From positions 199,249-263,248 of the forward strand of contig JBBIRS010000002.1 in the NCBI GenBank assembly GCA_037441675.1: DNA of 64,000 nt. The letters run 5' to 3'. The first letter of the stretch is position 1; every line of letters starts with the position of its first letter. The notes beneath the pieces were generated by a model. It was given only the letters and a program-made list of their open reading frames with translations. It was not told the DNA's origin and made no database searches. Shown piece after piece: positions 31,295-41,378 of the stretch. The stretch comes from Planctomycetales bacterium. GTDB lineage: Bacteria > 4484-113. The position numbers were made by a program, and so were the translations under genes.

Positions 31295-32593
31295 TCACGT
31301 CCCTACTCCATAATACTTTAAGCCATAACTCTCAACTACAGAGCGTTGCCAGATATTCCTCCCATCAAAAACGACCTTCTCCCGCAGAAGAGAGTAAATC
31401 TTGGCAAAGTCTGGACTACTGAATTCTGGCCATTCAGTGATAAGCATAAGGGTATCCGCACCGTCTAAAGCCTTAAGAGAGTTCTCTGCGTAAGTAACAC
31501 TGTTATTGAGTATCTTTTTTGCTTGTTCATATCCGCTGGGCTCAAAAACGTTAATCTTACATTTACGCTCTAGAAGACCTTCAATAACCTTTAAGCTAGG
31601 AGCGTATCTCATATCGTTTGTGTTTGGCTTAAAGGCTAAACCCCAGATTGCAACTACTTTGCCTCTGGATAATTCCTTGAAATGAAGGTCAAACTTCTCT
31701 AGGAGCCTCTTGGCTTGGCGATTGTTGATTTCCACTGTAGCTCTAGCGAGAAGCATTGGCTCCCCGACTTGCTCACCGATGTGAATGAGAGCATTCAAGT
31801 CTTTGGGAAAACAGCTTCCTCCAAAACCAACTCCAGCGGAGAGGAACCTTGGTCCAATCCTTGAATCCATTCCCATTCCAATCCTAACTTGCCTATAGTT
31901 TGCGTTCAACTTTTCACAAAGATTTGCAATTTCGTTAGCAAAGCTGATTCTCATCGCCAGCATAGTGTTTGATGCATACTTCACTAGCTCACTACTCCTA
32001 GGATCCATTACGAGTATTTTCTCTTTCTCCATCTCAAGGGCGCTATAAAGAGTAGTTAGCTTCTCTTTGGCAAAATCGCTTTTTGTGCCTATTACTATTC
32101 GATCAGGGGCAAAAAAGTCTTGAACTGCACTTCCTTCTCGCAGAAACTCCGGATTATTAGCCATATGGAAGCGAACCGATGTTTTGGAAGCAATGAGATT
32201 TTCCAGTTGCTCCGTTGTTCCGACCGGCACGGTACTCTTTATGATAACAACAGCGTCTTCGGACAGATATGGGGATAGGCGTTCCGCACTTTCAACAACG
32301 TAAGTCAAGTTACATGAGCCATCCTTATTCTCTGGAGTCTGAACGCAGATGAAGATAAGCTCAGACTGGGGTATAGCCTCCTCATAGCTTGTAGTGAAAT
32401 TAATTCTCCCAGCTCGCGCATTCTTTTCTATAATTTCCGGCAGAAACGGCTCAATAAGTGGGCATTTCCCTGACTTCAACTTGCTAATCTTATCCTCGTC
32501 AATATCTAAGTAGATTGTCTGATTGCCAATTTCTGCGAAGCAGGCTCCACTTACGAGCCCCACATAACCACAACCTATTACACAGATGTTCAT
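31295..32593 (-). CDS. ugd: UDP-glucose 6-dehydrogenase
   Basis: GCGYVG, KSTVPVGT, NPEFLREG, GFGGSCFPKD, WGLAFKPNT and DGRN motifs. Confidence 0.95.
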   Translation of the reverse strand: MNICVIGCGYVGLVSGACFAEIGNQTIYLDIDEDKISKLKSGKCPLIEPFLPEIIEKNARAGRINFTTSYEEAIPQSELIFICVQTPENKDGSCNLTYVVESAERLSPYLSEDAVVIIKSTVPVGTTEQLENLIASKTSVRFHMANNPEFLREGSAVQDFFAPDRIVIGTKSDFAKEKLTTLYSALEMEKEKILVMDPRSSELVKYASNTMLAMRISFANEIANLCEKLNANYRQVRIGMGMDSRIGPRFLSAGVGFGGSCFPKDLNALIHIGEQVGEPMLLARATVEINNRQAKRLLEKFDLHFKELSRGKVVAIWGLAFKPNTNDMRYAPSLKVIEGLLERKCKINVFEPSGYEQAKKILNNSVTYAENSLKALDGADTLMLITEWPEFSSPDFAKIYSLLREKVVFDGRNIWQRSVVESYGLKYYGVGT

Positions 32594-32805
32594 ATGGAAA
32601 GCCTACTTATCTTAGTAAATTTTAGAACAATAGATAGAGACAAAACAAGGATACAACGAGAACAATACGCACCCTCAGATGCTTTAATTATCTCAGGATT
32701 GCTTGGCGACTATATGTGCGCAAGATTCAAATACCTTTGCACGAGAGCTTTGGGAGAACTGAGTGTTTAAAAAGTAGCCCAAAGAAAGTATGTTCATTCC
32801 GATGG

Positions 32806-32997
32806 CTATCCCTGAAACGATTGCTCATCGGTCTGCTCCTTACCAGATTCCCCGTCAGATTTTCTTGTAATTTCTTCACGGAAGGAACGAACACCCCTTC
32901 CAAGGTCTCTCATTATCACTGCAACTCGTCCAGCCCCAAAGAGAATTAAGACTATAATGAGAACGATTAAGAGTTCTTGCCATCCAAGTCCAAACAT
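32806..32997 (-). CDS. tatA: Twin-arginine translocase subunit TatA/E
   Basis: MFGLGWQELLIVLIIVLILFG...LGRGVRSFR; RBS GGAGG upstream. Confidence 0.93.
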   Translation of the reverse strand: MFGLGWQELLIVLIIVLILFGAGRVAVIMRDLGRGVRSFREEITRKSDGESGKEQTDEQSFQG

Positions 32998-33208
32998 TTT
33001 TTATGCCTCCTGCCTATGCTAATTATAGCTTTTTTTGGCATTAGTCTAAATTGAACCAAAATGAAGTCAAACAGAATACAATCCGAGAATAATGAGACTA
33101 TCTTTTGAAAATTGTCTTCACTTTGGATTCAGCCTTTAGAGTTTGCTACCATTATTCTTTAGCTTATTCTTCACTTGCGAAACAAAATTATCCTTCTCTT
33201 ATAAAGTT

Positions 33209-34003
33209 TCAGATTTTCTCCGCCCAAACCCCACGACCATACCATAATTCTGAAAATTTTTCCCAGCCCATTTGGTACTCTCCCGCCAATGGCTCTTGGA
33301 CAATTAGTTTCTCTCCGTTTTCCTCAAGACGCACCACTACCTCGTGCCCAACTCCTAATCCTTATTTTAAGCAGACTAAGTACCAATTTTTGTCCTTCAG
33401 GAGTTTTTGCTTGGTTAAAGGTTCCGCCCGTATACGATATTCCATTGGCAGTGAAAAACGAAGTAATCGCCACTCATTTATGTCAGATCCGCCATGAACG
33501 CTGATAAGACCTCGCCTGACCATCTCTTCTTCGGTGGCTTCAAAACCTAGCGTTTTGATATAAGTCGCTCCAACCGCAACTATGCAAGTACTTTCAGTGC
33601 TCTGAAGCAACACTTCTTCCCTCCAAAAAGTTTCGACTGCCTCCTGCGGACTTATCTGTTGTCTTGTTATAAGCTATACCCCATATAACACGATTAACGG
33701 TGGTATGGCTAGAAATGCCCTTTTTTGGCGAATTCTAGGTACGATCCTTGCTAGCCAAATCACTATTGCGAGAATTCCACCCCAAACTAAGCTTAGAACA
33801 TATACCGTCACTGAGGAGTGTGGAATAATCCAAACCCAGGGATACTATAAGTACCAGGGAATTATGTGGATCGGAAAAATCAAGACTGAAAGAAAGCAGG
33901 AGAATAATCTTAACCAGCTAAACCAGCTGATTACTCCGAGCCTGAGCAAAATGCCAAGAATAATAGACACAAGAATGGCGACGTAGTCAAGCGGGAGCAG
34001 CAT
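33209..34003 (-). pseudogene. Membrane-anchored C39-like cysteine peptidase pseudogene
   Basis: Single frame from ATG 34003 to TGA 33209 with internal TAG (33845), TAG (33674) and TAA (33362); hydrophobic N-terminus, then QSTESTC, GHEVVV, VQEP..G and WEKFSELWYG. Confidence 0.7.
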
Positions 34004-34196
34004 ACATAATTTATACCTTACTTAAAAAGTTAAAGGCGTATAGCTCAGGGTTCAGCTTTATTAAATCCGAATGAATGTAACTGTTATACCATGTTCAACT
34101 TTGCTTAATAGGAGCGTATAACTCACTAGTGGAAATAGAATCTAGTTACGTTTATAATTATCGGTCAATCTGGATGTTTTTATTTAAGAAGTATTG

Positions 34197-35576
34197 ATGC
34201 AGAAGGGCAAAATGCCTTCAGGAGAGGCTAAAGCTGAAAAAAAGCCACTAATCTCGCGTGGTTGGAGTTTCAAAAAGGCAACGTTAACGCTACCCATAAA
34301 GCCCACAGAACACGTCCGCATCGTTCGGCAGTTCTTCTTCTGCCTTTCGTTAATTATCGTCATTTTTGTTTTAGTGTTGTATCTTCTTGTTTTCAGGTTG
34401 GATGAGAAATTAGTTGTCTCTCAAATGTGGTATGACGCCAGACGAGTCGCTGGCAGCCTAAAGGTGCAATGGGATTGGGCATTATCCTATGATAAGATAT
34501 ACGTTCCCATCAAAGAAGCGCCCGCGGATTCTGGTGTTGACGAAACCAGAGTTAGCGATGGTGCTGAGAATTATTTTATTAAGAATCACAGGGATATGAC
34601 GCTCGAGACAGCTGAGATCGCCCAAGCTCAGAGGAAGTTCAGGTTCCAACTGATTAGCGCACTTCCCGAGAGTAAACTTACTCCCACTGATAATTGGGTT
34701 AAAGTCGCATTTGAGAAGATTAAAAACAAAAATATAACGGAAACAGGAGAAGTCCGCAAGGATGGCAATACGCTTGTCTTTTGGTATTTAACTTCTATAA
34801 AGGCGGAGGCTTCTTGTCTAAGATGCCACCGCGATGAGGGGTTCATCCCGGGCAAAGTTGTTGGGGGATTTGTCGTCCAAATACCTGTTAGTGAGGAATA
34901 TCAAAACATTCGGAAGTCTAAAATTGCTGTTGCGAGTCTTTTCGGGGGCTCATTAGTTGTAATCTTTATCACTATCATATTACTCGTCTTAAATCTTTCA
35001 GCACAGCTAAAGGATGCCTACTACCATCTTGAACAGCTAGCCAGGGAAGATTCGCTAACCCATCTTCCTACAAGGCGAGCATTTAAGGAATTCACAGACT
35101 TGCAGGTTGCCTTATCCAATCGTCACGGTTGGCCACTAACCATCGTTATTGCGGATATAGACAACTTCAAAAGCGTGAATGACACCTATGGTCATAAAAT
35201 GGGTGACGACGTACTAACCGCTTTCTCCAAGATTCTAAGAGACAACATCCGTTGTTCTGATGTGCCATGTAGATGGGGTGGAGAGGAGTTTGTTGTTGCC
35301 CTAGTCAATACTGAAGAGACGAATGGCGCAAAAGTCGCAGAGAAACTCCTCCAAAAGTTTAACGATTTGAAGGTTCCAGGACTAGACATAAAACTTACGT
35401 GTAGTTTTGGCATTACTCAGTTGAGGCGAGGTGAAACTGTGGAAGATGCTATTGCGCGAGCGGACACAGCTCTGTTCGAGGTGAAGCGCGCTGGCGGTAA
35501 CGGCTTCAGAATTGCTCAAAATGGAGTTCCTTCTGAGTATAAGGTTGGCGATGAAATTAGCTCCTCTCAGAATTAA
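34197..35576 (+). CDS. Diguanylate cyclase with heme-c (DUF3365/Tll0287-like) periplasmic sensor
   Basis: Two TM helices flanking a domain with CLRCH; DSLT, DIDNFKSVNDTYGH..GD, RCSD I-site and GGEEF. Confidence 0.92.
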   Translation: MQKGKMPSGEAKAEKKPLISRGWSFKKATLTLPIKPTEHVRIVRQFFFCLSLIIVIFVLVLYLLVFRLDEKLVVSQMWYDARRVAGSLKVQWDWALSYDKIYVPIKEAPADSGVDETRVSDGAENYFIKNHRDMTLETAEIAQAQRKFRFQLISALPESKLTPTDNWVKVAFEKIKNKNITETGEVRKDGNTLVFWYLTSIKAEASCLRCHRDEGFIPGKVVGGFVVQIPVSEEYQNIRKSKIAVASLFGGSLVVIFITIILLVLNLSAQLKDAYYHLEQLAREDSLTHLPTRRAFKEFTDLQVALSNRHGWPLTIVIADIDNFKSVNDTYGHKMGDDVLTAFSKILRDNIRCSDVPCRWGGEEFVVALVNTEETNGAKVAEKLLQKFNDLKVPGLDIKLTCSFGITQLRRGETVEDAIARADTALFEVKRAGGNGFRIAQNGVPSEYKVGDEISSSQN

Positions 35577-35580
35577 ATTA

Positions 35581-35795
35581 CCCTGCACCCTATAAACTAC
35601 GCAACTTAATATCCCCCATCCACACATTCGACCTGTAGTGTAGAGGGCTTGCCGCCGCCGTAAAGTTATAGACCTGTATGACGGCGAGCTTGCTCCCGCC
35701 ATGCTCAGAAGCTGGATCACGGGCGTCTCGCCCGTGTCCTTCCCCGCCTACCCCCTTATTTGGATCACGCCCGTCCTCGGGCGCGTCCTTTCCCA
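35581..35795. repeat. REP-like cluster between convergent genes
   Basis: tgtagtg, gtatgacggcgagcttgctcccgcc (cf. 55682-55706), ggatcacgggcgtctcgcccgtgtcc and tggatcacgcccgtcctcgggcgcgtcc palindromes. Confidence 0.75.
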
Positions 35796-35949
35796 CTGCG
35801 AGAACCAGCCAAGAGCTGGGAAGAACCGTGGGCAATAGGAATGAAAGATTTCAAGCCGTAAGCTCCGGAATGTAAAGTGAATAATTTCAACCGTGCGCCT
35901 ATGCTTTTGAGACATTCTCTCAGGAAATATTCAAAAGCATCGCTATGAG

Positions 35950-36990
35950 CTATCCTACCCTTTCAGGTTTATCCTCACCGGCTACTGGTACATTAAAGAA
36001 TCCCGGGTAGACATCTATCTTCTCCAAATTGACTGCGGTAAGTATCAGGTCAAGGGCGAGGTCAAAGGGGACGTTTTCCAGGTTCAGGGTTAGATTCCCA
36101 GTTCCAGGGCGTGGGAGTTGTGCTTGGAAAGTGCCTGCCTCACGGAAACCGGTGCCACCACCACCCTGTCCGCCTTCCGCACCGCCAGCACCGCCTCCAG
36201 CGCCTGCGCCTCCAGTCGAGCCTGGACCCCCGGGCCTACGCCTTCCACCCGTGGGCGGGTCAGACCAATATGGATCTAACACAATGCTAACATTCCCAAT
36301 CTCGCTAAGCAACATCAAAACATCTCTGAAATCAGTATTGACAAGGTTTATAGAAACGAGCGCGTCTGAATACTTATACCTGTAAGGAAAGGGAGGAAGC
36401 TCGTACTCTCCTTCCGGTGCGATTGTTATAGGCACGCGTGGATAGTCCTCGTCAATTTCATTGGGCACCTTCTTGCTCTCTTCGCTGTTCAACTCCTGCC
36501 CGCTCTCATTTTGAGGCTCCCCTTCATTATTTGATTTCTCATAGGAGCCTTGTTTATTCTTGCCGAGCCCATAGGTTACCGTGAGGACAACGTTTGGTGA
36601 TGCGGGAATAAAGGTGGAGCTAGGCGAAATAGCGACCGCAAGCCCTCTGCCCATCAAGCTTCTTTCTATTACGATTTCACTTCCGCCTTGCTTTGGAGTT
36701 ACGCTTATCGCGCTTGTAAAATAACCATTAACACTTCTCTTAACCGGACTATTAATTACAAGCCCATCAACGAAGAGAGTGATTTTTAAGGTGTTTTCTT
36801 CAAGGCTCCTGTAACCCGTTCCTGCAAGATAATAAGCATCAATTCCATAGCCTGAGTTTAGAATTACTTTACCCGGGATGATTTCAGTGACTACGCTCTC
36901 TGAAGATGCGGTGGTAATTATAGATAGGGCTAAGAGGACTGTTACGAATTGTCCTAAACAAATTATCTTTCTCCAATTCATGCTCATCAC
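35950..36990 (-). CDS. Exported protein with PilQ/secretin N0-like domain and Gly-rich insert, no secretin barrel
   Basis: Signal peptide; VSINLVNTDFRDVLMLLSEIGNVSIVLDP...GNLTLNLENVPFDLALDLIL resembles PilQ N0; protein ends ~30 aa later. Confidence 0.7.
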   Translation of the reverse strand: MMSMNWRKIICLGQFVTVLLALSIITTASSESVVTEIIPGKVILNSGYGIDAYYLAGTGYRSLEENTLKITLFVDGLVINSPVKRSVNGYFTSAISVTPKQGGSEIVIERSLMGRGLAVAISPSSTFIPASPNVVLTVTYGLGKNKQGSYEKSNNEGEPQNESGQELNSEESKKVPNEIDEDYPRVPITIAPEGEYELPPFPYRYKYSDALVSINLVNTDFRDVLMLLSEIGNVSIVLDPYWSDPPTGGRRRPGGPGSTGGAGAGGGAGGAEGGQGGGGTGFREAGTFQAQLPRPGTGNLTLNLENVPFDLALDLILTAVNLEKIDVYPGFFNVPVAGEDKPERVG

Positions 36991-37028
36991 CTTCCTGAAA
37001 GTACTAAGTTCATTTTGCCTAATTATAA

Positions 37029-38261
37029 CTAAATACTATTATCAATGATAACACTATCCAGCCTTCCTCTTACTTCGATTCTTCGTAAGCGAATAGAGTT
37101 ACCTAATTTTGTGTCAAAGTCTATTCGAAAAGTGTTTTCTCCATTATGTATGAAACCATTTAGATTCAAAATGATTGGCTCGTAGTTTACCATACCTTTG
37201 GGAAATTTAATGGATTGCGATTTTATCTCAATTGGAATGCCATTCAAGTAAAATGAAACGTTAGGTCGGTCATAGCTATCCTGACTAAACCAGAGGAGGT
37301 CCGAGGGAGTCTCAACCGGGAAAAGTAACAGGTGTAAATCCTCAAAATAGTTAATATCGTAATTTAGCTTACTAGGGTTAAATGAGAACTCGAAGTAACC
37401 GCCTGGCGGAATTTCCCAATAATCAATAACTTCAAAAGTTCCAATGTCGCTCTTAACTCGTGAGGGATTCTCAATGCTAATGCCGTAAGATATAACCTTT
37501 CCTTCAAATGGCTGGGCAAAAAGATACTTAGCACCTGAAATGGGGAAATTTTGCCATCCCCTAATATAGTGGTAATAGGGGTCTTGTCTGTAGGGGTCCT
37601 CAACTACTATTCTAAGCCAGGCTTCCTGTATTACTTCAGGCACCAATTTATCATTATCTAGTGGGAATTCCGCTAGGTGTCTGATAGTCTTTACATCAAG
37701 AGGATTGCTTGCGAGAAGAAGCCTTAAATAACTTTCGCCTTCGGGGTAAGTTATTTCGCCACGAAAAGCGTAATTGAAACCCTTTGCCAGAAGCCTGTTA
37801 AGCACTAACACCTTCGCTTTACTATCACTTCCGTAATCAATAATGGTTGCATATGCTCGCTCTGATGAAGCATAAAATATCGTTATTGGCTCGCCAACGA
37901 AAAAATTCACCTTATTTGGAAAAGCCTTTAATTCAGCTTTAATTTGACTATCCCATAGTGGAAATTTGGCTGCGGGATTGTAATTTGAAGTGCCGATTCT
38001 AGACGCACTTTGCGGAGTAATTCCTTTAACTTGGAAGCTAAGCCCTATTTTCAAACTCTCTCCATTTGAAGTTAATGAGGCGCCTAGCAATATTAAAATT
38101 GACAAGCCTAATATAAAGGGCTTTTTAAGCTCCGCGATCGTATGTATCATTTCTAAATTCAGAATTTTACAACTATAAATTAAGACGCTATTGATAAAAG
38201 TTCTGTTCTTTCCTTCAGGTTCATTTCCCGAATTCCCAAGCTTTTCAATTTCATTGGTCAC
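37029..38261 (-). CDS. Exported protein with DUF4384-like domain
   Basis: FFVGEPITIFYASSERAYATIIDYGSD..VLVLN and G.SYLRLLLASNPL pattern; start uncertain. Confidence 0.6.
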   Translation of the reverse strand: MTNEIEKLGNSGNEPEGKNRTFINSVLIYSCKILNLEMIHTIAELKKPFILGLSILILLGASLTSNGESLKIGLSFQVKGITPQSASRIGTSNYNPAAKFPLWDSQIKAELKAFPNKVNFFVGEPITIFYASSERAYATIIDYGSDSKAKVLVLNRLLAKGFNYAFRGEITYPEGESYLRLLLASNPLDVKTIRHLAEFPLDNDKLVPEVIQEAWLRIVVEDPYRQDPYYHYIRGWQNFPISGAKYLFAQPFEGKVISYGISIENPSRVKSDIGTFEVIDYWEIPPGGYFEFSFNPSKLNYDINYFEDLHLLLFPVETPSDLLWFSQDSYDRPNVSFYLNGIPIEIKSQSIKFPKGMVNYEPIILNLNGFIHNGENTFRIDFDTKLGNSIRLRRIEVRGRLDSVIIDNSI

Positions 38262-38273
38262 TTCTCTGCATAA

Positions 38274-38876
38274 TTATCTTACCCCAGACAGAGCAACTTC
38301 AAGGAATTTCTTGTGGAGAAAAGATTCTTCGGCGAGTTCTGGATGAAAGGTCAAACCCCATATATGACCTCTGCTTACAAATACAGGAGAGCCATTCAAG
38401 ACACCAAGAACATCCACCCCCTCGCCAACTTCAACTATCTTTGGGGCACGAATGAACACCCCACGAATCATCGCCTTTTCGCCATCAGCATTTACACTCA
38501 AAATAGTCTCAAAGGAGTTTACTTGGGAACCATAGGCGTTTCTCCGCACAGTTATATCCAAAAGCCCAAGTAGTTTTACTTTGTGTCCTCCATCTAAAGC
38601 TTTCTTCGCAAGGAGAATAAGTCCTGCGCAAGTTCCCATTATGGGCATTCCGTTATTGCCTAATCTGATGATTTCCTCCCACAATCCATTCTCCCAACCA
38701 AGCTTAGACAAGGTAGTGCTTTCCCCACCTGGGATAATAATCGCTTGAAGAGAAATAAGTTCGCTCGGTTCTCGCACAAGAGCGACCTCTGCGGCAAGCT
38801 CTTCCAGACGTGCCTTATGCAGGGGAAAATCACCCTGCAAAGCTACTACGCCAACTTTAGGTTTAGGGGTTGCCAT
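38274..38876 (-). CDS. pdxT: PLP synthase glutaminase subunit
   Basis: VALQG, IPGGESTT, GTCAGLIL, RNAYGSQVNSFE, FIRAP and FHPE motifs. Confidence 0.97.
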   Translation of the reverse strand: MATPKPKVGVVALQGDFPLHKARLEELAAEVALVREPSELISLQAIIIPGGESTTLSKLGWENGLWEEIIRLGNNGMPIMGTCAGLILLAKKALDGGHKVKLLGLLDITVRRNAYGSQVNSFETILSVNADGEKAMIRGVFIRAPKIVEVGEGVDVLGVLNGSPVFVSRGHIWGLTFHPELAEESFLHKKFLEVALSGVR

Positions 38877-38978
38877 TGAAAATAACTCACCCTTTCCTAT
38901 TTTAATATACCAATCTGCAAAAATTTGCTAGGTGGGGTAGAATATTAACGCTTTATAGATGTATGTAGGAGGAAAGAA

Positions 38979-41378
38979 ATGAGATTATTGCGAATTTTAT
39001 CTTTGGGCTTGATTATCGCAATCTTTATTGTTTCTTTATCATGTGGAGGCGGGGGAGGTAAGAACTCAACTCTACCGAAGTTAAGCCCTTCCACAAATAG
39101 CGACTCGTCAGGTGAACAACAAGATGATGGCATAAATGATTCTACGGAGATAGATTCATTCTCCGATTATTTCAGGGAAGCCCCTCGGACCAAAATTGAC
39201 TCTAGTTACGTCTTGGTGAAGACTGGAGACACTGTGGATGAGTTCAAGGGCGTCGTCAGCAAGTTTGGATATGAGGTTCAGTCTAAGACGGGCAATTGGA
39301 TTAAAATTCGTGTTCCAGATGGCAACATTGAGCGTGCTATTACTGAGCTAAGAAAAGAATATACCGTAATCAATGTTGAGCCAGTGTATAAGTATGTGAT
39401 GCCTAAACCCACTGCGTCACCCGCCAGAAGCCATGCTACGAGTTTCTTGCCCAGTGATCCATTTTACGCTGATAGAGTTATTGGACCGAACTCAAACTTT
39501 CAAACAGACGCGAATGGTAACCCCCTATATTCCACATACTGGGGACAAAGGGTGTATATGGCGCCTATGGGTTTTGAAGGAGCCTGGGATATAGCTTTGT
39601 TACCAACGGTTCGTACTCAGCCCGTAGTTGTTGCAATAATCGGAGCAGGAATTTCGCCAGATCAGTTTGATGTTGATACAGCAAGGATTGTTGCATTAGC
39701 TAGCGGAACTATAGCAGCGGATGGAACATTCACACAGGGCAGTTATAATTGGGACGTTGACGCCAACCAAAATCCCTACGACCCATGGGGAGGTAGAATG
39801 GCAGGGTTGTTCCTTTCGCAAATGAACAATATTTCTCAGTTCACCTATACCACTCAAGACCCGCCGGCTACCTGGGAGTGGCAAGCTGGAATGACGCCAT
39901 TAACACCAACCGCCCAAGTAATAATAATTAAGACAGGGGAACTTCAGGGAACAAATTGGGTTTTCACCAGTGAACACATCGCAAATTCCATTAATCACGC
40001 GGTAAATAATGGAGCGGACATAATCGTTATTGCCACTTGGGCAGTTGGACCAGTTCCTCAAAATGTTCAAGACGCTGTAAATAACGCACGCAACAACGAC
40101 GCACTGGTAATCGCTCCAGCCGGAGAATCCACGCTCAATGATAACGGTACACCCGATGACATATCCGACGATTTTTGGAATCCAACCGTTGACGTCTCTA
40201 CAATAACCCCTGCTGCGGCGAATGGTGTAATTTCAGTGGGCGGAACAGGGTTTGAGCAGATTGATTTTGCTCCATCTGGAGATCCACCTACTGAGCCCCC
40301 CCCAGGTTACGCCAATCGTTTAATACCAAATATCGGCGATCCGTGGTGGAGGCTAACGGATTTCTCAAATACTGGTGTGGACATTGCCGCAGTCGGATGG
40401 GGATTATCTTGGGAAGACCAAGTATTCTTTGGATACTTCAGTTCCTTTGGTCCTTCGCTTGCTAATCTTGGAACTGGATACGCTGCTGGCTATGTGGCTG
40501 GTGCTGCTGCAATTTTGCACCAAGCTCTCTCTAACGTAAACGGCGGGACGCCACCCGCTGATGTTGACCAGGTTATTGAAGATTTGCTTTACTCCACAGC
40601 GGACAATGACATTTTTAACCCCGCAGGTGTTCAGTCCGGATTTCTTCAGGCTGGGCTTGCCGCATCGCTCGCTAATAATGGCGGTTTCGACCAGGTTATT
40701 CAACCGGTGGATATAACTAACGTGCAGATAGGAGGTGGCTTCTTTGTTGACAATACCGCTTTCATTGAAACGAATCAGGAAGTTCAATTTTCGGTTTCAA
40801 TGACCAGTAGCGCAGGTGGGTATGAGCTAGCAATCGGCTGGGGAGACGGGACTACAACCCCCTCGGACGGCAATCCAGCACCATATAATCCCGGCGATCC
40901 TATTTCTCACACCTACACTACCGCAGGTAGTTACGTGATTTACTTCCTCGCTGAAGACGCGGACGGATTTTCTGATGTCTTTGCGGTTTATGGTGAGGTT
41001 TACGATGGGATTTCAGTAAGTCCTACCATTCTTTTCCCAGATTCACAGACAGTAGTTCCTGGAACACCGCAAAGACTAACCTATTCGGACGTTTATCTCG
41101 CTGATGCTCGAGCGGTCTATACGACAATAACCGACAATATCATAACTTGCGAATGGGATTTCAACTACACCGGCAATCCTTCCGAATTCAGCCCTGAAAT
41201 TTCGGGAGAAGAACTATTCCGAGTGCTGTTTACCTATAGCTCTCCACCCCCAACACCTAGCCCTGGAATTCTATACCTCGATCTTGGCAAAAATGAGGAC
41301 TATAACATTGCTCTTAGAATAACTCAGACTAAACGTCCAACGGAGTTTCCAATAATTACCGTTCAGATTCGCGAGTAA
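38979..41378 (+). CDS. Lipoprotein with subtilisin (S8)-fold domain lacking catalytic residues, plus PKD domain(s)
   Basis: VSLSC-GGGGG lipobox; VVVAIIGAGI, PWGGRMAG, NGADII, VIAPAGE, PAA..GVISVGGT, FSNTGVDIAA, GTGYAAGYVAGAAA; WGDG..SHTYTTAGSY PKD. Confidence 0.85.
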   Translation: MRLLRILSLGLIIAIFIVSLSCGGGGGKNSTLPKLSPSTNSDSSGEQQDDGINDSTEIDSFSDYFREAPRTKIDSSYVLVKTGDTVDEFKGVVSKFGYEVQSKTGNWIKIRVPDGNIERAITELRKEYTVINVEPVYKYVMPKPTASPARSHATSFLPSDPFYADRVIGPNSNFQTDANGNPLYSTYWGQRVYMAPMGFEGAWDIALLPTVRTQPVVVAIIGAGISPDQFDVDTARIVALASGTIAADGTFTQGSYNWDVDANQNPYDPWGGRMAGLFLSQMNNISQFTYTTQDPPATWEWQAGMTPLTPTAQVIIIKTGELQGTNWVFTSEHIANSINHAVNNGADIIVIATWAVGPVPQNVQDAVNNARNNDALVIAPAGESTLNDNGTPDDISDDFWNPTVDVSTITPAAANGVISVGGTGFEQIDFAPSGDPPTEPPPGYANRLIPNIGDPWWRLTDFSNTGVDIAAVGWGLSWEDQVFFGYFSSFGPSLANLGTGYAAGYVAGAAAILHQALSNVNGGTPPADVDQVIEDLLYSTADNDIFNPAGVQSGFLQAGLAASLANNGGFDQVIQPVDITNVQIGGGFFVDNTAFIETNQEVQFSVSMTSSAGGYELAIGWGDGTTTPSDGNPAPYNPGDPISHTYTTAGSYVIYFLAEDADGFSDVFAVYGEVYDGISVSPTILFPDSQTVVPGTPQRLTYSDVYLADARAVYTTITDNIITCEWDFNYTGNPSEFSPEISGEELFRVLFTYSSPPPTPSPGILYLDLGKNEDYNIALRITQTKRPTEFPIITVQIRE

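Noticed and set aside
35590..35875. ORFs 35590-35835 and 35678-35875
   Set aside because: They arise from GC-rich REP-like palindromes between convergent genes.
38274..38876. pdxT without adjacent pdxS
   Set aside because: Split pdxS/pdxT arrangements occur, and absence cannot be judged from one window.
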